From an uncultured delta proteobacterium (GTDB taxonomy: Bacteria; Desulfobacterota; Binatia; UBA9968), in NCBI GenBank assembly GCA_963745835.1, contig CAVUZH010000016.1:497742-561741 (forward strand): 64,000 nt of DNA, written 5' to 3'. The notes under the pieces were generated by a model. That model saw nothing but the letters and a program-made list of their open reading frames with translations. It made no database searches and was not told the DNA's origin. A program made the translations under genes and the position numbers. Every line of letters begins with the position of its first letter. Position 1 is the stretch's first letter. Positions 30,261-39,972 of the stretch are shown here, in pieces.

Positions 30261-32484
30261 CTAAGCAATTCGCGTATCCCACAGAACCGGCTCGCCACCC
30301 AAACTCGGGCTATACAAATCCACCTGCAGCTGCGTGGCGCAACCCGGGCATGCGTAGATGTGGTATTCGCCGATGTAACGCTCCCCCGTCGGCAGCGGCG
30401 GCATGGAGTCGTTGAGATCCAAAATGCGATGGAGCGCGTAATGTTTGTAGTTTTCATCGGCCTTGCAGTAGAGATGACCGCAGCGGCTGCATCGAATGGC
30501 TTTTTTCTTGCCGTTGCCGATAATCTCCAAAGCCGCATGAAAGCGCAGCAGTTGTCGTGAGTCACTACTAACGGCAGCGGCTTGATCGCTGGAGTTCTGC
30601 GAGATGGGCGCGCCTTGCGTTGCGTGCTTCGCGAATTCGGCGGCGGCAATCTTCGCTGGCGGCGCTGTCGACAGCCTTGCCGTTGTCGGCGAAGACAACG
30701 CCGTAAATTCTTTCCGCAATCTCCCGGCTCACCCAGCCGTAGCCGAAGTCTTTCAAGACGGCGCCTGGATCCCGATCAATGGGATCGCCAAATCCACCAC
30801 CCCCGGCGACATAGTCGACCAACAAAGTGCCTTCCGGCAACGGCACTCGCTCGGGCACGCCCGCCGGTAAGATTGATTTGCCCCACTTCCCCGCGCGCAT
30901 CGCGCCCACCGTGGGATATTCGCCTGCTTTGACCCGGCCGAGCATTTCGAGACCGGCTTCGATCATCACCCGGGTTGCGCCGATGCCGGTAGGATAACCG
31001 CCGGCAAGACCAAAGCCACCCTGAGCGACGCCGCCATAGGGTTTGTAATCGACGCTGCAATCTTTCGAACCATAGATCAGATAGATGCGATAGCTGCCGA
31101 GGCCGCCGCGGTACTGCCCAAAGCCGCTGCCGTCCGGGTTGTGCGAGCGGGTGAAATAAAGAAACGGATACTGCATTTCGATGCGCTCGATGTCCGATAT
31201 GCCGGCCGATGGAATATTCATATGCCCGCCGGTATTGACACCGTCACCATGCGGCCTGGCGCCCATTCCCGCTCCATGAATGTCGTAGAGTCCTTGAGCA
31301 ACGGCGATGCCTTCGCGCGTGTGGCCGCCGTAGAAGTATCCAGGGCCGCCGACAAATTCCAAATTTCCCGTGGTCGATGCGTTGACGTCGTCGTAGCGGC
31401 CGGAAGCGTAGATCATTTTTGCTACCGCCTCGCATACCGTCGACACGAGCACGTTGCCGATGCGCGGGCCGGCGCCGCAGGCCGCAGGATATTTGCAATT
31501 GAGAATGGATCCTTCCGGCACATGGACCTTGACCGGACGCATCTTGCCATCGCTCCAGGGCACGTCCCAGAAAAGAGTATTGGTCAGCGCCAGCGCCAGA
31601 TGAGCCACCGTGCTGGGCAAGGTCGAATTGTGGTCGGTATCGGTCTGCGGGCTCGTGCCGGTGAAGTCAAAAAGCAACTCGTCGCGCTTCTTGGTCATCG
31701 TGCAGTAGAGTTGTTGCGCCACCGATTTGCGCGTCTTGCGATCCAAGGTAGTGACGTATTGCCGGGTCACCCAGGTGCCGTCGGGCATCGATCTAAGTTT
31801 TGCGCGCGCCTTGCTCTCGGAATCGGCAATCATTTTTTCGCCGGCCAACTGCACGAACTTGAGCCCGAATTTTTCCACCAAGCCCAGATATCGTTTGGCG
31901 CAGATATTATTCCCCGCGATCATCGCCTTGAGATCCAGGCCTACGTACTGGGGATCACGGCACTGCCCCGTCAGAGTTTGAAACACATCCTCGCGGAATT
32001 CATTCTTCTCGACGATTTTCAATCCCGGTATGCAAATACCCTCGTGGAAGATCTCGTAGGCGCCGCCGCGGAGTACGCCGCCCGTGTCGGCGGTGTGCGT
32101 GCTGGTCGCCGTCCAGCCGATCAACTCGCCGCGGAAGAAAATCGGTTTGACAATCATCATGTCGTAAGTGTGCGAGCCGGCGACATACGGATCGTTGAAA
32201 AAAAACTGGTCGCCATCGTGAAAGCCAGGAGTTTTGCTGAAGCGCTGCATCAGATTGCGGATAGCATCCGAAGTGGCGGCGGCAAAGCGCAGGTGACCCG
32301 AGCAGGCAAGAACCATCGTGCCGGTCTCGTCATAGAAGGAGCTCATGCACTCGCCTCCTTGAGAGACAATCGGCGAGGCGGTCACTCGTTGCAGGGTCAT
32401 GCGTCCTTCTTCACCGATGGCCCAGAGGCGATGGAGAAACATTTCATAGCGAATCGGATCGATGGTCTGTCTTTGTTTTCTCAT
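30261..32484 (-). CDS. Hydantoinase B/oxoprolinase (acetone carboxylase alpha-like) with a C-terminal gamma-like Zn domain (frameshift near 30625)
   Basis: DPIRYE, NDPYVAGSHTYD, HTADTGG, ERIEMQYP, GSGFGQYRGGLG, GGGGFGDPIDRD; then CSRCGH...ENYK...YACPGCATQLQVD in the next frame. Confidence 0.85.
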
Positions 32485-32498
32485 TTTGGCTCCTGAGT

Positions 32499-33482
32499 TC
32501 ATTTCTTCGGAATGTCAGCGCTGGTTTTGACCAATTCGTCGAGGAGGGAATTATCGACAAAATCTTTGGGGTGAGCTTGCTTAGCTTTTGGTTCTTTTTC
32601 CGCCAGAAAGTCCAGTGTCGATTGAATGCCTTCCAGTGTCGGATACGGCGGCGCCCTGAACAGAGGCGCCGCGGCGTTATAGCTGTACTCCAACACGTCG
32701 CTGTCGGTGGTCCGCATATGTTTCGAGATTGTTTTCATGGTGAAAGCCTTGTCGGCTTTGATGCGTTCGATAGCGACGACGTAGGCTCGCAATACCTTAA
32801 CCAGAGTGGCACGGTTCCGTTCGATATATCTGCGCGTGGTCGCGAGTGTGGTGTGTTGAAACGAAATTCCGGCCTGTGGCAGGTATGATAATTCTTTAAA
32901 CCCCGCCTTGATCGCCACCATGTTGGTCGGTGGCGAAAGAATACCCGCATCAATGGCTTTTGCCTGGAGCGCTCCCAGAATTTCTGGCACACCGCGCATC
33001 TGTAGTAAATTGATTTCGGTGTCGGCCTTGAGTCCCCACTTCTTGAGCGCTAGCCGCAGGGCTAGGTCGGTAGCCGAGCCGAAAGTGGTGATGCCGATGC
33101 GCTTGCCGCGAAGATCTTCCATTTTGTTGATACTAGCAGTGCTAACGATGGAGAAAACCGGTTGGTTCACTAGCCCGGCGATGATAACAGCATCCGCGCC
33201 GGTAAAGCGCGCCGAGAGTACCGGTGCGCTATAGACCTGAACGATGTGCACGTCACCGCCGATCAGGGCGGAAAAAGTCTGCGGCCCGCCGCGAATGTAA
33301 ATCTGCTCAACGGGCACGCCCTCGCGCGTAAAATAACCGCCGTCCTGGGCCACCCAGGTGGGCAATGTCGCGATGCTTGCCGCGCCCACCGCGATGCGTA
33401 GCGGCTCGGCGACTGAGGCCGAGCAGAGCACCATCATAAAGGCGCAGGTATGGACAAAAACGCAGAGCGCTCGCTGCATCAT
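32499..33482 (-). CDS. ABC substrate-binding protein (NMT1/SsuA-like)
   Basis: Signal peptide; WVAQDGGYF, DLRGKRIGITTFGSATD, ILSPP, PYPTLEGI. Confidence 0.88.
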   Translation of the reverse strand: MMQRALCVFVHTCAFMMVLCSASVAEPLRIAVGAASIATLPTWVAQDGGYFTREGVPVEQIYIRGGPQTFSALIGGDVHIVQVYSAPVLSARFTGADAVIIAGLVNQPVFSIVSTASINKMEDLRGKRIGITTFGSATDLALRLALKKWGLKADTEINLLQMRGVPEILGALQAKAIDAGILSPPTNMVAIKAGFKELSYLPQAGISFQHTTLATTRRYIERNRATLVKVLRAYVVAIERIKADKAFTMKTISKHMRTTDSDVLEYSYNAAAPLFRAPPYPTLEGIQSTLDFLAEKEPKAKQAHPKDFVDNSLLDELVKTSADIPKK

Positions 33483-33531
33483 CTGACGGTCCTCCTTTTG
33501 CCCTTGCTCCATCGTTCAACTGCTCGGCGTC

Positions 33532-35644
33532 TCAGGGCACTTCCATTACCAGATTCAAATACGGGTCAATGCTCACCCTGTGCTCCGGTGGCACCAAGGC
33601 AGTAGTAAACGGCAGCTCGATGACGGCGGGGCCGCGCACGATGGCACCAACGCCAAGTCGCTCGTAATCGTAAACTGGAGTATCGATGAATTTACGTTCG
33701 GGTCGGGTAAAAAATATTTCGCGTTTGCCTTTGCGCGCCGAGCGGGTGTCGCGGTTGCTCTTCCGCTTTGCCGTCAGCTTCGGCTTGGCCACCTTGCCCA
33801 CTGCATCGACGCGGATTTCACTGATTTCGATGCCCGCCTTGGCATAACCCGAACCGACGCCGTACAGCTCTTCATATTTTTTCTCAAACGCGCTCTGCAT
33901 TTCGGTCATGCGCTTAGGATTGAACCGATCCCAAGCTGACCGGCATTTCAACCCCGGCACTTTGCCGGCGATAGCGAATCGTGAAGAAACGGCGGAATTC
34001 CACCCGGCCCGGCTTGAACCCTTCACGGTTCATGTCGGCGCTCATCTCTTTTTCGATGCCGTCAAGTCGCTGGTTTATGACGACCGGATCCGCCGGTAAA
34101 ATATACTGGCAGCTCATCACGCGCGTGCGGATGACATCGGCAGCGGCTGCCCCGAAAGCGGAAAAAACCGGCGAAGTGGCGAAAATATAGATGTGCTTGA
34201 TCCCCAACTCAGCGGCGAACCCTGAAGCGTGCACCGCTCCCGCGCCGCCAAATGCGTATATGACGAATTCTTCCGGAAGATAACCGGTGCGAACCACTTG
34301 CCGGCGAATCAGATCGGACATTTTGGCATTGACGATATCGTGAACTCCGGCAGCGGCTTCATGAACTTTTAATTTTAGAGGTTGCGCAATCTTCTCCTCG
34401 ATAAGCTTAAGCGCCTTGTCCTTATTCAAAGACTTTCTACCGCCGAGAAAATAATTGGGATCGATGATGCCGAGAGCTAGATCGGCGTCGGTAACCGTCA
34501 CTTGATCGCCGCCGGCGTCGTAACAAACCGGTCCGGGACTGGCGCCGGCGCTGCGCGGGCCGACCAGCAAGCGGCCGGTTTCGATTTCTACCTGGGCGAT
34601 GGTGCCGCCGCCTGCGCCGATCGATTCGATATCGATGATCGGCTGCAACATGCGAAATCGTTCGACGATCGGTTCTTGCGCATAGCGCCAATAGCCTTCG
34701 GTGATAAGGCCGACATCGAAGCTGGTTCCGCCCATGTCAGTGGTAATGACATTCTCGTGTTCGAGGAGACTGGCAATGTAAGCCGAAGCAATCATGCCAC
34801 CGGCCGGACCCGATTGGAGGTTGGCAATCGCACTGACGTGCTCGCGATGCGCCACGCCGCCGTTACCTTGCATGATCAGCAGCGGTCCTTTGAGACCGCC
34901 GCTGGCAAGTTTGTCCTCCAAGCCTTTCAAGTAGCGCTCCACCGTGGGTCCGAGATAGCTATTCAAAATCGCCGTATTGGCGCGCGCATACTCGCCGGCT
35001 ACTTGGGACAACGAACTACCGAAAGACCAATAAACTTTTCGGTGCGGGTCCGCTTCGGCCGTCAAAGCGCGAATTTCGTTCTCGTGTTGCGGATTTACCC
35101 ATGCATGCATGAGACTGACGGCAATGGCGTCGACCTTATCGTCTTCGATAAGCCGGCGAATCGCCTCCATGACATCATCCCAATTGAGCGTAACGATTTC
35201 GTTGCCCTGGTAGTCGATGCGCTCGCGCACACCGATGACCCGTTCCCTGGGCACGAACGGTTCTGGTTTGGTGATCCAGGTGACGTGTTTGATCTCGTCA
35301 TCCGACAAACCGTCAACCCGGCCGATCGCGCGCATGATCTCGGTGGTATCTTCGAACCCCCGAGTCGTAATCAGACCCACCTTGACGCCGCTGCGCGTGA
35401 TCAACGCGTTGGTTGCGACCGTGCTGCCGTGCTTAAACAGTGTCGTGCGACCGAGAAGATCCGAACTCTCAACTCCCATGATCTGCGCGGCTTCGCCGAC
35501 CGCATCCATCACCCCACGGGAAAAATCGTCCGGCGTGGTCGAAGCCTTTGCTGTCCAAACTTCGCCCGTGTCCGCCAAGACGACAACATCGGTAAACGTG
35601 CCGCCGGTATCGACGCCGATAATGTAGTTTCTCTTTGCCGCCAT
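33532..35644 (-). CDS. Hydantoinase A/oxoprolinase (acetone carboxylase beta-like); frameshift near 33945
   Basis: GVDTGGTFTD, HGSTVATNA, SGPAGG, DMGGTSFD, IGAGGG, SAGASPGPVCY, FGGAG. The C-terminal GPAVIELPFTT is in a second frame. Confidence 0.9.
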
Positions 35645-35673
35645 GAAATTCCTTCCGAAGTGAATTGCTTGCA

Positions 35674-35702
35674 GAAATATGAGCCCAAGCCTGGCTTGTC
35701 AA
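35674..35702 (-). promoter_or_regulatory. Putative sigma70 promoter of the hydantoinase operon
   Basis: TTGACA-17 bp-TATTTC on the minus strand. Confidence 0.45.
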
Positions 35703-35748
35703 GTGTGAGTGAACCCAGAATTGCGCAGTTCGAAGAGACACGGCAATT

Positions 35749-35915
35749 GAGCGGCGAGCCCTCCGGAGCAAAGGCAATGGGCCTCTGGTTGATAGCGGTC
35801 CGCAAGCTCCAGTCTTTAGCGGACGCCTGAAAAAATGTGTCAGCCCAGGACCAAGCACCATACACGGCATTGAAATTGTTCGCTTCTGTGTCTTCGCTCT
35901 CCAGCCTCACCTCTC
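35749..35915 (-). ncRNA. Structured ~170-nt non-coding element, copy 2 (candidate IS110 bridge-RNA-like remnant)
   Basis: The minus strand reads gagaggtgaggctggagag...gcttgg...actgg...tcaa...ccattgcc...ctcgccgctc, colinear with 20450-20618. Confidence 0.5.
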
Positions 35916-35979
35916 AATCGATACGAAGTTGCCCATCTACTACGGAATCCGGGTTGAATGAAGCGCGCAGCTAATAGGC

Positions 35980-36104
35980 GCAGGCTGCTCAAAAAGTCGC
36001 AGGCGAGGCGCGCGAAAAATCGACGAGCGCAGGCGTAGTTATGCGCTACGTTGGAGCGAGTCGATCGAGCGCAACAAAGCATGTGAGGTTTTTCAGCAGC
36101 CTGC
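35980..36104. mobile_element. MITE-like element with GCAGGCTGCT(C/G)AAAAA terminal inverted repeats (copy 2)
   Basis: gcaggctgctcaaaaa...tttttcagcagcctgc. Shares an internal aggcgcgcga with copy 1 and abuts the livF stop. Confidence 0.7.
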
Positions 36105-36805
36105 TAGCCGCCGAGATACGCCTGTCGCACCAGATCATTACCGGCCAAATCGCTGGACGCGCCGCTAAGAATCACTTGGCCGGTCTCGAGCACGTAACCG
36201 CGATGCGAGATCGCCAGGGCCATCGCGGCATTTTGCTCGACCAGCAGAACCGTGACACCGGATTGGTTGATCGCGCGAATGTTCTCCAAAATCTGCTCGA
36301 CGATTTTTGGCGCCAGCCCCATCGATGGCTCATCCAGCAGCAATAATTTCGGCTTGGCCATCAAGGCTCGGCCGATCGCCAGCATCTGCTGCTCGCCTCC
36401 AGACAGGGTGCCTGCATATTGCTTCTGCCGTTCGTGCAAGCGTGGAAACATGCGATAAACAAAGTCGAGATCAGGCGCAAGCGACTTGATGCTGCGGCTG
36501 TACCCGCCGACCTGCAAATTCTCAAGCACCGTGAAACGAGGAAAAACTTTCCGGCCTTCCGGCACATGAGCTACCCCGCGCCGGACGATCTCGTGGGCGT
36601 CGATTTCATCTAGAGCGCAGCCTTCCAGTTCGATGTTACCGCGGCGTGGACGCAGCAGTCCGGAAATTGTTTTCAGGGTAGTCGTCTTGCCAGCGCCATT
36701 GCCGCCCAGAAGGGTGACGAGTTCGCCGGGCTCGACGGAAAACGTAACTCCCTTCAGCGCGTGAATGGCGTCGTAATAAACGTGGATCTCGTTAACTCTG
36801 AGCAT
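36104..36805 (-). CDS. livF: Branched-chain amino acid ABC ATPase
   Basis: GGNGAGKTT, HVPEGR, LSGGEQQMLAIGRALM, LDEPSMGLAP, VEQNA. Confidence 0.93.
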   Translation of the reverse strand: MLRVNEIHVYYDAIHALKGVTFSVEPGELVTLLGGNGAGKTTTLKTISGLLRPRRGNIELEGCALDEIDAHEIVRRGVAHVPEGRKVFPRFTVLENLQVGGYSRSIKSLAPDLDFVYRMFPRLHERQKQYAGTLSGGEQQMLAIGRALMAKPKLLLLDEPSMGLAPKIVEQILENIRAINQSGVTVLLVEQNAAMALAISHRGYVLETGQVILSGASSDLAGNDLVRQAYLGG

Positions 36806-37571
36806 TCTCCGCCCATGCGCCAAGGTAGGCCTCGATCACCCGCGGATTTTGGCGCACTTCGTCCGGATGGCCTTCGGCGATCTTTTCACCGTAGTCGAGA
36901 ACATGGACCCAATGCGACACGCCCATGACCACGCGCATATTGTGCTCGATGAGCAGAATCGCTTCGACATATCTACCGACCAAATCTTTGAACAAGGTAA
37001 CCAGCGACTGCGCTTCCGTGGAATTCATTCCCGCAGTCGGCTCATCGAGCAGCAGCAGCTTCGGGGCTGCGGCCAAGGCCCGCGCGATCTCGAGCCGGCG
37101 TTGTTCTCCGTAGGAGAGCTGGTGCGCCCACTCGCCTTGACGGCCGCCGAGGCCGGTCAGTTCGATCAGCTCCATTGCCCGGCTGCGCGCGCCGTTTTCG
37201 CGATTGTGGAAGTTCTGGGTGCGCAGCAGGATTTCAGCGAAACTGGTGTGCATGCGCGAATGCATTCCGACTAACACGTTGTCCAGGACCGTCATGTGCG
37301 AGAACAGGCGGATATTTTGGAACGTGCGGCTGATACCCGCCTTGGTGATTCTCTCCGGCTTTAAACCCATCAACGGCCGGTCGAGAAAACGGATTTCGCC
37401 GCCATCCGGCTGATAGACTCCGGTAAGGATGTTGAACAGTGTCGTCTTGCCCGCGCCGTTAGGGCCGATAAGCGAGGCGATGGTGCCGGATTCAATGTCG
37501 AGGTTGACTCGCGCCAAAGCCTGCAATCCGCCGAACCGTTTGGAAATATCCCGCAGCTCTAGCAGCGCCAT
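36792..37571 (-). CDS. livG: Branched-chain amino acid ABC ATPase
   Basis: GPNGAGKTT, RTFQNIRLF, LSYGEQRRLEIARAL, IEHNM, VIEAYLG. Confidence 0.93.
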   Translation of the reverse strand: MALLELRDISKRFGGLQALARVNLDIESGTIASLIGPNGAGKTTLFNILTGVYQPDGGEIRFLDRPLMGLKPERITKAGISRTFQNIRLFSHMTVLDNVLVGMHSRMHTSFAEILLRTQNFHNRENGARSRAMELIELTGLGGRQGEWAHQLSYGEQRRLEIARALAAAPKLLLLDEPTAGMNSTEAQSLVTLFKDLVGRYVEAILLIEHNMRVVMGVSHWVHVLDYGEKIAEGHPDEVRQNPRVIEAYLGAWAENAQS

Positions 37572-38819
37572 TTAAGTTCGCCGGTCACGCCGCGGCGGCA
37601 AAATACCTTGCGGCCGGAAAATCATCATCAGAATCAAAATCAGACCGAAAACCATTCGTTCGTATTTTGCCGGCTCGAACTGGGCCGGCAACTGGCTCAA
37701 CGAATAGCTTCCCAACAGCGGCAACGTCAATTCAGCGCCTGACTGGCGCAGGCCGTTGAGCCATAGCGATAACCCCTTGAGCAATTGGAGGTTGAGAATC
37801 GTCACACCGGTAGCGCCGAGAATGGCGCCTGGAATCGAGCCCATGCCGCCGAGGATCACCATCGCCAGAACTCCGATGGATTCCATGAAGGTAAAGCTCT
37901 CGGGATTGATGAAAACCTGCTTGGCGGCAAACAACACTCCCACGGCCGAAGCGAAGGACGCGCCCACCGCGAATGCGAACAGCTTCATGCGCACTACCGG
38001 AACACCCATTGCCGACGCTGCCAATTCGTCTTCGCGGATCGCCTTCCAGGCCCGCCCGACGCGCGAGTCTTCGAGTCGGCGTGTGATGAGAATGATGAGC
38101 AGCGCCATCAGAAGCACGAGAAAGTAAAAATACAGCGGGTACAATGTCGAATCGGCGATTTCCAACCCGACGAATTCCAGCCACGGTTTGAAAAAAAGCG
38201 GCGGTTTAACGATCGGGGAGATGCCTTTTGGACCATTGGTAATGTTGATCGGCTTATCGAGGTTGTTGACTACCGCGCGCACCACCTCGGCAAACCCCAG
38301 GGTGACGATAGCCAGATAATCGCCGCGCAAACGCAGCACTGGCAGCCCCAGCAACGTTCCCGTCAGCGCCCCGGCAGCGATGCTGAAAATAAGAAAGATA
38401 AAAAACCAATTTGCCGACAATGGAAAGAATCCGCCGGGAATAAATTCATTGGCTTGCGGCGAACCGAAGATCGCCCATAGGTAGGCGCCGATGGCATAAA
38501 AGGCAACGAAGCCGAGATTGAGCAGGCCGACAAAGCCGACGACGATATTCAACCCCAGAGCAAGCGCGACATAGATGCCGATCTGAATGGCAACTTCCAG
38601 ATAGTAACCGTTAAACGTCCCCAGGAAGGGAATCAGGATTAGCAGCACCAAAGCAGCCAAGTATATTTTTATTTTAAGCGGCGCCGAGACGTAGCAGAGC
38701 AACAGCAATGAAGCTTCGACCAGGAGAAAGGCCAAGACAGATTGGGGGAAGACAAAGGCCAGCACGGAGCTTGCAGCGATGTATGCCAACAAGCCCAACG
38801 ACGGTAGCGAACCACTCAC
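37572..38819 (-). CDS. livM: Branched-chain amino acid ABC permease
   Basis: GLNIVVGFVGLLNLG, LRLRGDYLAIVTLGF, GRAWKAIREDE, VILGGMGS. Confidence 0.92.
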   Translation of the reverse strand: MSGSLPSLGLLAYIAASSVLAFVFPQSVLAFLLVEASLLLLCYVSAPLKIKIYLAALVLLILIPFLGTFNGYYLEVAIQIGIYVALALGLNIVVGFVGLLNLGFVAFYAIGAYLWAIFGSPQANEFIPGGFFPLSANWFFIFLIFSIAAGALTGTLLGLPVLRLRGDYLAIVTLGFAEVVRAVVNNLDKPINITNGPKGISPIVKPPLFFKPWLEFVGLEIADSTLYPLYFYFLVLLMALLIILITRRLEDSRVGRAWKAIREDELAASAMGVPVVRMKLFAFAVGASFASAVGVLFAAKQVFINPESFTFMESIGVLAMVILGGMGSIPGAILGATGVTILNLQLLKGLSLWLNGLRQSGAELTLPLLGSYSLSQLPAQFEPAKYERMVFGLILILMMIFRPQGILPPRRDRRT

Positions 38820-39784
38820 GCCCGGCCCTCGCGCACGGTCTCACCAAGCAACCCTCTGGGACGAAAAATCAAGATCATGATCAGTACAAGAAAGGCGAAG
38901 ACATCCTTATATTCGGCGCCGAAGGCGCCGTCGGTAAGAATCGACAGATAAGAAGCGGCGAATGCCTCCAACAAACCGAGTACCATGCCACCTAGCATTG
39001 CACCCGGAATATTGCCGATGCCGCCCAGGACCGCCGCGGTGAAAGCCTTCAGCCCCGGCGCAAATCCGCTGTAGGGATTGACCAGGCTATAGTGAAGGCC
39101 AAACAGAACCCCAGCCAAACCTCCCATCGCGCCGCCGACAAAAAATGTTAGCGCAATGACGCGATTGACCGGAATCCCCATCAGCGAGGCGGTTTCCGGA
39201 TCCTGCGCGACCGCGCGGATCGCCGTGCCGATGCGCGTCCGATTCACGAAGTAATAGAGGCCGCCCAGGCTAAGCAGTGAGGTGGCAATGACCATCAGGG
39301 ACTTCACCGGCACGACAAGATTAGTTGCCAAGGGTAAAACCTCATCGAGCACATCCAGAGTCGGATAATTGAGGTAAAAGGTGTTGCGCCAGAGACTTTC
39401 GAACAAACGCAGCGCATCTTGGAGAAAAAATGACGCGCCGATGGCGGAGATCAGCGCGACCAGACGCGGACCACCCTGAAGCGGACGATATGCCACACGC
39501 TCCAGCGCCATGGCGGCCAGGCCGCTGATCAACATGCCGGCAGCAATCACCAGCGACAAGACGAAAGCCGGATGTAAGACCGCCAGTTGTCCGGCGTCCT
39601 GGAGCCAAAAGAGAACTTCGACACCGACAAACGCGCCGAGGACGAAAATTTCACTGTGAGCAAAGTTGATAAACTCCAGGACACCATAAACCATGGTATA
39701 GCCGAGAGCGATCAAAGCGTACATGAATCCTAGTACGAGACCCTCCAACAATACCTGTGGGAGAATTTCCAGCGCCAAATCCAA
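38816..39784 (-). CDS. livH: Branched-chain amino acid ABC permease
   Basis: YALIALGYTMVYG..INFAH, GTAIRAVAQD, GLKAFTAAVLGGIG. Confidence 0.92.
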   Translation of the reverse strand: MDLALEILPQVLLEGLVLGFMYALIALGYTMVYGVLEFINFAHSEIFVLGAFVGVEVLFWLQDAGQLAVLHPAFVLSLVIAAGMLISGLAAMALERVAYRPLQGGPRLVALISAIGASFFLQDALRLFESLWRNTFYLNYPTLDVLDEVLPLATNLVVPVKSLMVIATSLLSLGGLYYFVNRTRIGTAIRAVAQDPETASLMGIPVNRVIALTFFVGGAMGGLAGVLFGLHYSLVNPYSGFAPGLKAFTAAVLGGIGNIPGAMLGGMVLGLLEAFAASYLSILTDGAFGAEYKDVFAFLVLIMILIFRPRGLLGETVREGRA

Positions 39785-39972
39785 TATGACAGCGACCTTT
39801 CGAAGTTTGTTACCCTAACAAATACTGCCCTTGGTGGCTACTCTAGGCAACGACTTAAGTACGGTTGCCAGCATTGAATCCGGACTGCGATCCGTATAAT
39901 GTCCCGGCAAATGACGACACCGAAGCAAGTGAACTGCCTTAGAATTTGGGCGATCGAGCCGGAGGCGATCCT

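Noticed and set aside
3711-35644. Frameshifts in the SBP, propeller, DUF1003, deacetylase, DUF4212, symporter and hydA/hydB genes as programmed frameshifting or mass pseudogenisation
   Set aside because: They are mostly isolated single-base indels in otherwise intact genes, with no common slippery motif. Long-read consensus error is the simplest explanation; reads are needed to confirm.
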